From: Raillietiella orientalis
Lineage: Eukaryota
Reading direction: 5' to 3'
NCBI GenBank assembly: GCA_036172245.1
Contig: JAYWIR010000005.1
Coordinates: forward strand, 3,782,001-3,846,000
Length of the DNA stretch: 64,000 bases
The notes beneath the pieces are model-generated. The model worked only from the letters and a program-made list of their open reading frames with translations, was not told the DNA's origin and made no database searches. Positions 36,101 to 49,900 of this stretch are shown here, piece after piece. Both the position numbers and the translations under genes were made by a program. Numbering within the stretch: the stretch's first letter is position 1; the number at the start of each line of letters is the position of its first letter.

Positions 36101-39100
36101 GTAGCACAACATCAGCATAGACTGTATTAGTCCCCACATATCGCAAACCCACTATCTTTCTGGGCGATGAAGGATAAGCTACGTGGTCCAAGTTCTTTCT
36201 GGCTGGCGACTCAGTGAAAAGGAATATGAATCTTTTTTTTCTTCGGTACGGAATTTTCTTCTTTTGCTACCAAATTGCATATTGAATCTAATTGGATATT
36301 TTTATTTCCTGAAGGCGCAAAGAAGTTGAGAAATTGACAGAACTATGATCGTAGGCAAGTAATGACATCTTAACTTTTATTTTTTGGAACTAGAAAATAC
36401 TGCATCGATTCAAGTTTTCTGTTTTTCAAGCAATATTCTTGTTGCTGTCATATTCCCATGGTTCTTTCTCTCATTTCTGTTTGCGTATTCTATTCACATA
36501 GCTGTACAGTGCTTAGCCACCAGTAGGGACTCAAATTTGATTGATGATGAGAGTATCATGAAGATGGGTTATTGTTTCTGTTTTTAAAAATCCCGGCTTC
36601 TTTGGACCGTTGCCTTCTTTACATTAATAGAAGAATTACGCTCTCTATAACACTCAGAAAACAAGCAAACTAGCATTTTGGACGTTCGAGATTCATTCTT
36701 CTAAAAATCTTCTAAAAATTCTTTACCGGATAGTCCCACTCTGCTGAAAAACTCATGAAAAAATTCAAATTTGATTCCCAGCGGATAGTATGGAAGACCT
36801 TTTGTTTTATTATGTGAATGTGCACTACTATCATCTTGTGAATATTATTTATTATCACAGATGGAAGCTGAGCTGAAGTCTTAAAAAAAAAAAAAACTAA
36901 ACTAAACTGTAAAACTTCTAATAAACTTTTTATCTGGAAATTTGATTTTCAAAAGGAAAGAGTTATTCAATCATACTTCACCTCAGGATCTTTAATACAG
37001 TACCGTCATCACGAAACTCCTCCCAAAACGGAAAGATCATTTAAACTATTATCAAACATGAATTTTTCACTTGAAAGTAAGCATACGGTCCTTCATTCAA
37101 CATTAGCAAAACTGATTCAAAGTGCGATAATATTAAGATAAAGTAAATGATGTTACTAGATATTGGCAATGCTGGTAGAATCAAAACCAAATTAGAAGGT
37201 GAGTAAAAATTATCTTTCATCGCGTTTTCACTATGATTCTGACTACGGAACTCCCTTGAAACTAAAACTGCTCATTTCCAATTGATGTCGATCTGCTTTC
37301 AACTCACCAAACACACCGAATGAGTGTTTTTCCCCCTCCCCCCCCCCTTTAATGTGTTACGAGAAGTAACGGAAATTTCACGATAGATGTGAAAATGCTC
37401 TCTGAATTGTTTTTTTTTCTTTTTTTTGGAAGCATGTAAGGTTTTCTGCTCTGAACTGCACAGTATTCACATGTGGAAGCACTCGAAATGCGAAATTCAT
37501 CTCTCCCGATTGCTGCATCGTTGCCGAAAGCTAATTCCCGTCCACTTGCGTTCCGATCGTGTGTGAGCCATCCGGGATGCCCGCATGTCCACTGCTTGAA
37601 TGTCCATTGGCGAGCTGCGCCTTTCGATTCTTTAGTTCACAGCATGTTCACACTTGCACGAGCGCACTTCCCGTTTTCATTTCCTTCGTAAACATAAGTT
37701 AAAAAGGGAAGTCGATTTTGTTCGGGACGGCATGGTGACTCCTGAAACGTGTACGCTGTGAGGCTGTGTACCGTTGCCACGTTGGTTTCGCGCATTTTCG
37801 CTCCCCCCTCATCTCGTCATCAGAGTCTCATCGCAGTTGCGATGTCAAAAAATCCCGCAAGGATTCATTCATTCCTCGGGGAAGAGATTGCAAATTTCGA
37901 GTTCCACTGGAAGACGCTCCACGTTCGTGGCCATTTTGAATTTTGCCGAGAACCGCGATGACCTCCCCACTGAGCGGCAATCCGTGTTGTGTGGCTCTGT
38001 GGGTTGAACGTGCATGGGGAAGAATTCGTTTCGACATTCATCAAAGTTTCGGCATCTCTTCGTTCGTCCCATGTAGGTGCAACTGTCAGGAATCCGTACA
38101 GCACTTCCGTTTCGCCTGGGATGTGTATAGTAAAATGGTAACAACCATAAATAAAAATCACTCACGTTTTGTGCTGTTTTCTAAGCACAAAGGACCCCCC
38201 AAAAAAAATAAAAATACTACTTGTAAAGTGATTTGAATCGGAAAAGAAAAAAAATCCCAACCATACTTGATAGCAAAGAGACCTTCGTTCTGAAAGGTTT
38301 CAGGTGCTGAAAGATGATTCTGAGAACATTTCCTCATCATCTTGTCGAATGCATAAAAAGTATTGCTTGACTGATGTGAGCAGACATTTACAGTTCTGGT
38401 AGAAATTCACTCAGAATGTTTTCAGCAAATTGTTCTAAATGCTTCATTAGAAAGAAAGAAAAAAAAGAAAAAACCCTGAAAGACTGCTGATTATTCTATT
38501 AACGCGGTATTTCTCAGAAGTCAGGCTTGGAAAGAAAAAAAAAAGCCATAATGTGGCAAAATTCAATGTCATAGATTGTGAACTGTTTATGCATAGTCAG
38601 TGATGTTTTACCCACTGATGTGCCTTCACATTTTTACCACTGACCGTTGGCTTAATGGAAATAGACTTGACATCAAATTGTTCATAGGGTCATCTTTTCA
38701 GTTGATTATCCAAGTTTCAGTTGATAATGGAGGCTGGGCTATATGGGATAAAATAAATGTGAACACAATTCCTCTTTTTTTAATTCACAACCTAATATTG
38801 AAGCTTCGTTTTGAATAAAAATATGTGTGTATATTAGATCCTCATTATTCTTAATGCATCGTGCAGCTTTCTTTTATTTTCCAAGATGTTAATGTTATGT
38901 ACGGGTGACATACAGTGGATGGTTTCTAATTCACCGTCTTGATGTGGAGCAGGGAAAGAAAAATACGTGCAAGCAAAAGCATTCGTATTATTTCTGTATT
39001 TTTACAGGTCGTGTTGCTACTTGACATTTACCAACACGAAAGATATTTTGCTCAGTTATCGTGAATTGGCCTTCCTAAATTCTACTAGTCTCAGCAGGTC

Positions 39101-40199
39101 CAGTGGCAGCGGAATCAGGATCAAAAGCGATACAACCGGGATCCTGATTCTTCAAAGTTAGATAGTGATGTGGAAGCCAGGAAGCTGTGGAGACCGGATG
39201 CAGTGTCGTATGCTTCATCCGCCAAATGCATCAATTATGGACCCATGACTGAACGGAAGTTTCTTGTACAATCCATTTTGCGATCCATTTTGTGGATCTT
39301 ATGTTTCTAAAGTGGAGATGCTCCAATGCAAGGACACGGCTCCAGTTTCATCAGATGCACGAACCCTCGCCCATTTACAATGCCTGAGTTTGAATTTTTC
39401 CTTGTCCCTGAAAAATGGACAAGCTTCCAAACCAGAAATCCTGGGCCGGAGGAAAGAAGACACACGGAAGTCATAATTTTTACAATTTGAAACCACGTCT
39501 TCAACTTTCAAATAAGAGGTGTGTTCTTATTTTCGGTTGACTTGTGAAGATGAAAGAAAATACTGGCGTGAAATTTTCTGCAGTTATAACTCTTGGTTCG
39601 GACATTTGTGCTCCTGAAATTCTGTTAGAAATCTGAGCATTCCAGACGATCCGTGTTTCGTATTTTCGTAAATAAAAGCGTGGAAAAGTGTCAAGACCGC
39701 AGTTCCCTTATGTGCTCGTGTTACAAACTTGCACTTCTTGGGCGGAACCAGAGAAAAATGTTCTTCCACACTCGTTTTGCCTCGTTAGTTTCTGTGAGAT
39801 TGAAATTTTCTGTGAGACTTTAAATCTGCGAGATGACCTCGTAATTTGACGTATCATTTGCACTTGAAGAGTTCTCAGCTGGAAATGTTTTCTCGAGTCA
39901 GAGTTACCTTTGGAGTTGAAGAACTTTTATTTGCAAACACAGGAGCACAAGTTCTTATTTCCCTTTAAAACATAGGCATTTTTTCTACTTTGGAATCATG
40001 AGCGTCTTCGTTTGGTCTTCTACTGAGGTCGGACTACAAGGCAGATGTTTGTTGGATCAGAGACACCGGTGGCAGAAGGAAAAAGCCTAAATCTCTCGAT
40101 GCAATGACGAGGATTGCATTTAGCTTTGTTGAGTGGTCTCTAAACAAATTTCAGTTCCTTCGACAGATGATACCTCACACAGGGTTGCGTCGGAATGCA

Positions 40200-41498
40200 A
40201 TGATATACGTCTGCATCCTCACTACTGCTGCTGTGGTCCATACCAGCTGATCTCGATGATTCTTTGGTTTGCTACTACGTTCAAAGGCTTCGATTTAAGC
40301 AAATTTATAAACTCGCTAAAGTTGAAACGATGTGGCATGCTTGTTGGACAAAGGCTGAAGGCAACCACAAGCTGAAGCGCAGATATTTCTTAACCAGGAG
40401 CCCTTACATTGTTTCCTTGTAGGATAAACGTTAGGATGCCTCCTCCAATCTGCAGTTTCATTGTGGAATGTGCACAAGGAACGCCGCTGCATTTTTCGTC
40501 TTGCATTTAGTAGGGTTCAGCTGTGATCCGAACATTTCCGTTGCTCCTGGATGCAAAGGAACTGTGAACTTAAAAACTGATGTACCTGTGTCGATCCTCG
40601 TTCAACAAGGAGAAGCCTCTCTGGAATTCTGTGTGGCCACTTCGATAACCGTACGGAATCCTATTCATGTAAGGGGAGGTCACAAGATAATACGTTGCTT
40701 TCGTAGGAGAACCATGTTATCACTTCGACCAGCTGCTTTGAGGCCTATGAGGATTATGAAGAATGGCCAACGCTAGACCTGAAGCATTTTCTGATTTTTC
40801 CGGACCCGCCTTCATCTCGCCTGATCCACAACATCTGCATCATGCCAAGCATGCTCTCTGAATTCTACGACTTCACTTTTACTGTGCTGTCCTTCTGGGG
40901 AGAACACCTAAGCAAAACCCAGACTGCGTGCATAGGAACCACTGATCAGCACTCCAGAGACAAGCTGGAAGTGCTACACGTCCTCGTGTTCTCTCTCGGA
41001 AAAGAAAGATTCTTTCCTCACGAATGGCGGATCATGGAGCTCTTTGTGGATGCGCACAACGAACAATTTGCAACCTACAAGAAGGTTACACAGAAACAAG
41101 CTTTCGAAGTGATTCTTGAGGGCGCTCCAGTTTTCCAAAAAAAAAATCAGCATTGGTTGTTTTTGGGGCTGGTGTCTGATTCCATCCAGAGAAGGATTTT
41201 CTTCTTCAAGCAAGAGGCGTTGTTATGGATGAAAGACGTCGTCAAAGACAATTACATCTGCAGCATATTTTGTTCCAATCATTCTGGAAACTGCCTCCAG
41301 AAACAGGAGAGCATAGAAAAGCTGACGGATGTTCTACGGATCCAAGAGGAGAATCGGCTACACATCACGGGATGGAATAGCATCGTGTACATCCCCGCAG
41401 CCCTGCTCGCTTGCCTGGCGACAGGGATTTTCTTCTATTGCCGTTTCCGAACACGCAAAGCAATAATTAAGCAAATGAGAACCAAAAAGAGAAACTAA
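40200..41498 (+). pseudogene. Intronless type-I membrane glycoprotein-like relic (possible viral or retroelement envelope); intact 218-aa C-terminal ORF at 40842-41498
   Basis: Signal-peptide-like MIYVCILTTAAVVHT at 40200, Cys-containing frame fragments broken by stops, NIS and NHS sequons, and a C-terminal TM SIVYIPAALLACLATGIFFYC with a basic tail. Confidence 0.4.
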
Positions 41499-44400
41499 AC
41501 TTTCTCACAGCAGAGTCTCATATCTAAACTTCCAATTGCTTGCGTGACGAATGAAGATAGTAAAGTTTTCTTCTGCCTCGTTTTCGATGCAATTGTTCTG
41601 GCACCTTTCCATTGCTCATAGGCGCCTCTCATCGTAGCTACTGCGTCACCAGAACCATCTAAGATGGAGACTTGCGCAAGGTGCTCACGAGTGGTCTCGT
41701 CTTCCAATTGCCTTCCTGGGAATTTTTCGTCCTGAGAAAACACAAGCGAACGCGTGTAGAAGACGCATTTGAATGCGCTGGAACTTCGCCGTGTGAATTT
41801 CACGGTCGAGCTGGGAGTCTGCCTGTGATCTTCTTTGAATCCTTCAGCAGAGATCCTTCCTTTCCTTCAATGAAGGAAAGTGGTCGTGGGGAAGACAGGA
41901 GAGTGAGAAATGGGCAAGATGCCGACAGATATAATCCCTCTGGCAACGAAGCATTCACCACCGCTCTTAGGTCAGCAATTCTGTTCTGCCAACAGGACTT
42001 CTCGATGTCTTTCTGACCACATGGGGAGAGAAGAAAAAAACTTTTCTACCGAAAAATCTGAGGCAACAATGAATCCTGGACACAAATTCATCAACCGACG
42101 GATGTTCTACAGCTGTGCTAAAGGGATCATCTGCAGTGTGCGGAACGACCTTGCACACATGAATCACGCTCTCGAGCGTTGAGAAACGTCAGTGGAATGC
42201 AGCGTTCCTTTTCGAATGTGAACTCACACGTTTTCCAGCCAAGGGGCAATGATCTCTTTTACTTCCCATTGGAGTCAGCAGTCTTGCGTTGCAAACAGTA
42301 TTTAAATGAGACTCCGCTACATCGTGGCAGAAACTCACGCATCAGCGTTTTCGAAGATGTTTCATACTTTTGCTGAGGAAAGGCTCCGTGTTTCGTCATT
42401 TGAAAGTGAAAGACAGTTGCTACTGACGAACGGCAGCACCTCACGAGGATTCCGGGTTGAAAGCAATGAACAAGAGTAGCAGAAGCGGATTCCAAGGTTG
42501 ATTTTTCGCGAAAATTAAAAATCTGTCCGACAGAAACCTTAACAGAAGAGCATGCGAGAGTAAACGTGGGAGGAACAGATAGGGTTCAATAATGGGAGCG
42601 AAGAGTCGCGAAAGAAGTTTCAAAGACTTTTCAAAAATCCACAGCCAGAACGTTGTGAGCGCGGTTGGGATTGTCTCAGAAACGCGAAGCACACGCTGGA
42701 GAAAATGTTCAGCATGAGAGGGTACAGATATGTTGCAGAACGCATCCCCAAAGGGAGAGTCGGAGAGAAGTTGAAAACATCCAAGGCTCTTCCACTGCTG
42801 CTCACAAGCAAAAGGTGAAAGAATAAAGATCTGCCAAAAAAAGGAAAAAAAAGAAAGAAAACGCCAAAGAGGAACCAACGACGAGAAATGGCAGATGGCC
42901 ATTCGAAGGCGACGTCCAAAACAGCTCTCACACATCATCTTGCCCGATGTTTTCCCACATGTCCATGAGCATCAAGAAACACGTGCAAGCGAATCGGAAA
43001 TAAGCCGAAGTGTTTTTTTGTACGACCCCCCGCACCTTCCTTAGTTCACTGGCTCACTGGCATAATGGTTAGGTCCGAGCCGAATGCCAAGGAATCCCGT
43101 TTGACTCTGGAAACCAGGCATTCAGCTACCAGCGCCCAGGGATGCCATGCACTGCAGGTGCGTCGTCGTCCCGAAGGAAGCCATGCGACGAAGCGCTCAA
43201 AAAGGCTGCAGCTAGGCGAAACGAAATCCACGTGGAAACTGCTTAAAAACTCCTTAATTCATTCCTTTGGAGATGAGTGCCCCTCAGTTCAGCATCCATT
43301 CAGTCCATTGCTCTCGGTTCAGGGACGATCAGGAGAAATAAAGGACCATTCTTGGTTCTCTTCTTACCCCTTCGAGTGATATTTCCTTCTCTAGTAGCAA
43401 CAAATAAGAGCAAATGACCTTTGCAAAATACACGGAGGCAAGCAATAGTTGGCGGACTCTGTTGGCGGTTTTCTATCGTAGGCGAGTTTCCCTAAAGGAA
43501 AGATAGGCTTGGGGGCACTCGAGAGAGCTCTCCGTTCAGCCAGCTAGGTAAAGAAATAGTCTTTCGAGAAAGGTCTTTAACATAGATAGGTCGAAACGGA
43601 GCAACAGATCCGCAAGGGATCCATTACTGGTGTTTAAAGAGAGACTTTTCACCGAGGATACAAGATACAAAATCCGACACGAGAGAATGATCGCAGCTGC
43701 AATGAGACATGTGACCAAGGAGGACTCAAGGAGCAAGGAAGCTTAATTGAAAAAGGAAGCATCCTGAACGAGCGCCTCTCCCAATGCGTCAGTCCAGGTC
43801 TTCTTAGACTCAGCCATTGAAACTCGGGGGAGACTGACATGGGTCGGATTCGTGGAGGAGAGGTACTTCAGAAATCCCCAGGTTCCATGCGAAATGGAAC
43901 GACGAGGCACTTTATCTTTGCAGTACTCATCTCGCACGATTCGTGAATCCTGGAGAATTAAGGTGCTGGGACTTCATAAGGCAAAAGACAATTTTGGAAG
44001 TGTAGTATTATAATGCTTGTTCCAAGATAACAAGAATGTGCGTGCAACAGATCGAAAAGAGCAAAGTTTTTCGCTTATGGGTTACCCAGTTCACTGCGCT
44101 ATGCTCCTTTTGCCAAGGAATAGCGGACAACTGAAACGATCGCTTTGCTACGGTAGCAGGCATTTTATCAGAAAGTCTTGGTGAAAGAAGGACGAGGGGA
44201 ACTTTCCTACCATCTAGTCTTCTCCCTACTGACCGTGCACTACCCTCGTGTTTTAAATTGCTTCAGCCGGACGATCTGGTTTCCTGGGTTTGGGGACTCA
44301 TGGTGGAGATTCGTCGTCGATCCTGCTTCCGGATTCCAATCGCCCAACTCCAGTGCCGCGGGATCGAAGAGGACCGCTCATTCCCCAGGTATTTCAGGAA

Positions 44401-44699
44401 GCAGATCGCTGTCAGGGTCGGATCCTGATTTTTCGAGTTCAGCGCCAGGATTTTAGACCGGGATTTGAACCCTAAAATTCTACCTCAGGCGTGCAGATGA
44501 GTGTTCGCCTTCGAGTCCCGCTCCCGGTCCTCAGTATTGCGTGCTCGATTCCGAGGCGATGTTCCAGTTGCTCGTTGGCTTACGCTACGAGGGTCCTTAG
44601 ATTTGCCGAGTGAACCTCTTCTTCTCGTACCTGAAACTGAAGGATGCTCTGGATCACGGTTCAGGAGATGCGTCATGGGCATATTTCTACTAAATCTGA

Positions 44700-45310
44700 T
44701 ATTCGATAATGCCATGCATTCCTTTTGACAGTTGGTCTAGAATCGAGGGATTTCGAGATCTGGAAATACACGATCGTTGGCTGGGTCACACGATCCCAGC
44801 CATCCCACGAGAAACTGCGCGCGCACTACTTGATGTTGCGATCCCCTTGAGGGCCATCTGGAGAGAACACTTTCAAGATATTTACTCTTTTTCTCCTATC
44901 GAAGCAGTCTCAACGTCTTCGGGGCGTTCTTGAAGGGAGATTTCAATTCCAGAATTGTGGATCGATCTCTTCTATGCAACAGGAGATCGGAGCTTATCTG
45001 GGAGTCGACACTTTGCGTCTTTCGTCCTCGAGGGACTTCACGTCTTCCATGTGTTGCTGTCTTGACGATGTGGTTGGCAGTCGCGGCGTACCATTGCATG
45101 AATAGAGTGTCTCTGCAGGTAGTTCAGATGTGCGACGGCGTCTCGTTCCATGCCATATATCTGCTTCCATTTCCGTCCTGTCTTCTGACCAGTTCTCTGA
45201 TAGTTAAGTTCAGTCGAGCCGAATATGTGATCTAGCAGTCTGAAAATCTTGGACAGTCTCTGGAAAATAGGAAGCGGATGATGAGTGATGTAGTCCTACG
45301 CTGGGAATTT
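44700..45310 (+). mobile_element. Decayed LINE apurinic endonuclease (APE) remnant
   Basis: IYSFSP (VYAP-like), GDFNSRI at ~44936, and FSRAEYVI (SRIDYI-like), in order. Confidence 0.4.
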
Positions 45311-46981
45311 CTTTTCCTTGGTCTGAATACCATTGAATGCAAGTCTACCGAAACTGTCATCTATGACGGAGACTGCCTTGAACAGCCATCCTTAGTTGCA
45401 AGATTTCGAGGCTGGGCGCTTTAAAGGATTAACGTCTTATCGTGCCTGGACGGGATTTGCAGGAACAAAGGAAGGATTGTCGGGAATGATCGACAGCCAG
45501 TATTCAAATCCATATTCTACACTGAAATAATCTTATATTTTGAAAGTGTGTCAAAAGCAGTGTTTCCTGGTACATCATTGAAGACATATGGAAAACGCAT
45601 CACCAACAAACCACTTTACAGTGATAAACATAATGAGGAACACTTTTCAAGTTACATTAAGAATCAGAAGCAATGAAATGCACTGAGGAGGAAATCAGTG
45701 GCTCTGTAATCTCCAGGAGGCACCACCAGAGAATGCAGAAACCGACCAAACACAAGCACACGCCTGCATTTCACTGCTCAATACCCAAATACCAATCCGA
45801 ACGTGCAGGATTCTGTAGTTCTCGCCTGTCAAATTGCTATGACGGCCTCATCTCGTGCTAAGAAACAATACGTTATTGTAAACAGACGAACAGAATCAAG
45901 GAAGACCTTATCCACTATATTGTCACACTCGCCGCCTTGCTTATCTCAGTCCAACCCAAGTGACCAGACCCTCCAAACCAATCTGGTCGTGGGTTGGACT
46001 GAGTTTTAGAGATTTGGAGATTCGTTGGGTATTAGACCCTGCTTCTTCGAAGTTCATGCAGTGGGCTTCCCACGTAACATAATCGAATTAAACATCCCAA
46101 TTGGAACGTTTACGCAGATTGGTGGTGTTTTGTTTGCTGAAAGTTCTGGTGATAAAATAAGATTCTCATAAGTGACTACAAGCTCTCTGACACACAGCCT
46201 ACATAGTAAACTTTTGAAAAACCCACATTTTCAATGAATTGGAAGCACATCTCCATGAAAGTAAACATACATGAGTAAGACTTCATTTCAATAAAATTAA
46301 CCCATTAGGTTTCTCATTCGATTATTGCACCAAATAATGAAAAATTAAAAAAAACTTGCTGAGATTATTTTTTCACATGGATTTAATTTTTCATAATTAT
46401 AGCTCATAATGAGCTCGAATCTAATAGAAGACGCTTAACTATGCTGTGCTAAACAACAGGCATGTTTTATGGGTGTTCTTGTTTTGTAACTGAATCCTAG
46501 AACCTGATTCACAATTCACTTTAAAAAACAAAATAGAAAATCTAAACAATGATGTGTAAACAATCACGTTTTGATTAACAATTGTCAAATGCCAGTTGAT
46601 GCCAAATTATCTTCTCAACCAGCATAATATCATGAACGATCACATAATGTCTTAACATTTACCGCATCCTTCATCAGCATGCGCAATCACTGAGTAAATA
46701 AATGGTTGTTTTTAACAATGAAAAATTTTGAAACAAAACAGCGTGTATGTGAGACAGGACATTTACTATATTCTTTGTTAAGCATATTGAAGGATAAATA
46801 TACGGAATACTTCCTACAAGAATGTAGATGTTATGATGAAATGCTTGCAGCTTGTATTTTATATTGCCCACAAGTAAATATGGCTTGTGAGGTCTTTTTC
46901 CTCTTGTCTGCAGTGAATATTATTGACTGTTTTTCATCTCCACTATAATTCTTAAACAAGAACTTTGCAATATAAATGTAT

Positions 46982-49900
46982 TTAATCATCATCTTTAACA
47001 ATTGACTCCAAAAAAATAATTAATTCAGAAACGAACATTCGGCTGTTTCCTGGTAAAAGCATATTTAATATGCAATGCAAAAGATTAATGGTACTTCTCA
47101 ATGTTGAAACACAATACTGTGGCTTTGACTTGCTCCTCTGCAAAGTGAAGCTAGCAATCAGACTAAAAATAAACAAACACTCTTACCATTGAAAGCAACC
47201 AAGTTGCCAATGCAGGTTGCATGTTTGCTAATGCTTGTGCTAAATTAGGGCTGCCTGCCATAAAGTGATAAATCCTCTTACCAGCCAATGTCAAAAGTTT
47301 CAAACCTAGTGTATGCTTCTCTTCAACAGCATGAATAAGCTAAATGAAGAAATCTTGAATGAATCAGTACTTAACTTGCTGCACATTTCACTATTACTTC
47401 TTCTGCAAGAAGATCCTGTCCCACGGAATACAAACAATAAATATGGTGAACATGCAGATCATTTAATGGTAAATTCCATTTAAAAGCAAGTTGGTAGCAC
47501 TGCTCCACAAGTTCATTATGACAGCTAACATGCTCTGAATGCATCAAAATGTTTGAAGGTAGCTCAGGAATTCCATGAATGATTGCAGTGAGTGCATTAC
47601 ATAGAAAAGTCTTCCTGTTCTGCATAAGTTTCTCAGTGTCTTGAGAATTTGTCGATACAGATGTGGAGGCCTCTATCTGAATCAAATTGCTAAGGGTGCC
47701 TGAACAATGTTTATTACCTGCTCACCCAAACAGTATATTTGGAAAACCTTTTTTAATTCCAACGTTAAAACTAAATTATTAACCACTGAAAATATAAGCC
47801 ATTGATCAGTCCACTCATGTGTAGTTGGAAAGCACTCAATTGCTTTTTCCCATAAACTTGGCAATTTTGAAAACTTTGACCATAGAGAATCAACATGCAC
47901 GCTGCATTCTATGGAATCTGCTGAAGATGTCTGCTGTAAAAACGAAGTAATTATCCCATCCGAATTATGACTTTTTACCACTGAGTAGTGGGTTAACAAT
48001 TTTTGAACTTCGCTGTTAAAAACAGTTACATCTGCTTGAGTCATCTGCAATTTTTTGAAGCACATTTCTGTATTAGGGGTCTGGCCACATTTTTCTATTA
48101 AATAGCAAATTTCCAGAAACATGTTCTCCAAAAACTCCTTCCATATGAGCACAACAAAACCTAAGGCACAAATACGAAGGATATTTTTTTCATCTTACCC
48201 TGATGTAGCATGTAGGAGCGAATGTGCTGAATCTGCTCTAAGGCTATTTTTAACAGAGTTGTCTGGCTTCTCTTCTGCGACCACCTGCTAAGTTGTTCCC
48301 AAATCAGGCTAATCCGAAAGTTCGTTTCTGAGAAGGAATGAGGAAAATGCTGACGTAGTTCTGAAAGAGCACCTTCAGCCAAAATTCCATAATGAATTTA
48401 ATATCCTATACAACCCTGTATGTGTTCTTCCAAGCACTCCAATTCTAGTGTCATTCCACATTCAATCCACAAGTGAGCTACCATTTTTGCTGCAGCACCA
48501 GATCCTTCAAGTAACAAAGAGTTCAAGCTCAAACTTTCAGGAATCGGAGTATTGGGGAAAACTTTTGAAATAAACTGTTTTAGTTCCAATGCATGCTCCA
48601 AATCTTGAATTAAAGAATTCCAGAACCATAATTCTGAACTATAAACTTCCCAACTATCAACATCATTTGGAGACGAATTATTTTCAAATTTATACTGAAT
48701 TACATCATCATAGTTGCACATTAAAATGGATGCTGCTTACAGGAAAAGATGCTGTTCGACCCAGAAGTGTGACAACTGTTGCTGTGAGCAAATCTTCGCT
48801 GGTAACAATGATATTCCTGACATCTTGCCAGCAAGCATGTACTGGACAAGATGATAGTCATGACTCTTGAATCAATAACACTAGAAAGCAAACCTACAAC
48901 AGGATGACAGCACTGCAACATCCTATAAGAAGTCTTCATGACGCTGTCATCTGACAAATATTGATGGGGATGCAACAAAAATGTCTTAATAAGAAAAAGA
49001 TACATAGATGTGATATCAAGATGGAATGTTTGTAATGTGGCAAGCCATGAGGCAATTAATTGTGGTTGCTGCACACATGATGAACATAAAAAAGAAGCTG
49101 AAAAGATTATATTGAAAACAGGCACTGAATTTCATGTGCTACTTACCCAAATCTGTAATTATATGCGAACTTAAGTCATTTCGAATTTTCATAACAGGAA
49201 TTTCATTAACAGCATCCATACAAAAGCATGCCATAAATTGGGAAAATTGCATGGATTTAACAAAAAATACTTCTTTCTTATTGTTTAGTGACAAAATAAG
49301 CTGTTGTATGTATGTGAGTTCCTCTGAAGTTAATCCAGGAAGAGGTCCAGATTCCTGAATTGCATACATAATTGTACTCCACATTTATGTCCTACCATAC
49401 TCTCCATGTTTTCAAGTAATGGGGAGTGTCTACCATCTGTCAATGATATTAAATATTTATAAAGCTGTAATCCATACCAGTAGGTGTTATACAAAGACTC
49501 TTCATAATGATTTGTATGATGTAGAAATATTTCTGAAACTAAAATTCAAGGTGATTCCATTATATTGTAGAATGCTACAGAATCACAGCACTATTGCAAC
49601 AACAATATTATGCACACCTTTTGTTCTGCAACTATCCTGTGAAACCAATAATAATTGTTCCAACAGTGCAATGCTCACATTTTCACAAGTCATTGCTTTT
49701 TCAAACATTTGTTTCTGATAACCTGGAGACTTTATCTGTGACAACACAGAAAGCAATGGTTTTTCAAATGCACTCTGACAACATAAGAGTTTTTCAAACT
49801 GTTGCAAAAGATGAAGATCCTCTGATTCATTATTGATTCCAAGCATGCATAGTTGTGCTAGCTGGGATCCAATATGACTAACACAAAAATGCACATTAAT

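Noticed and set aside
44440..44530. B-box-like GGGTTCAAATCCC on the minus strand
   Set aside because: No convincing A box or cloverleaf. At most a fragment of another SINE.
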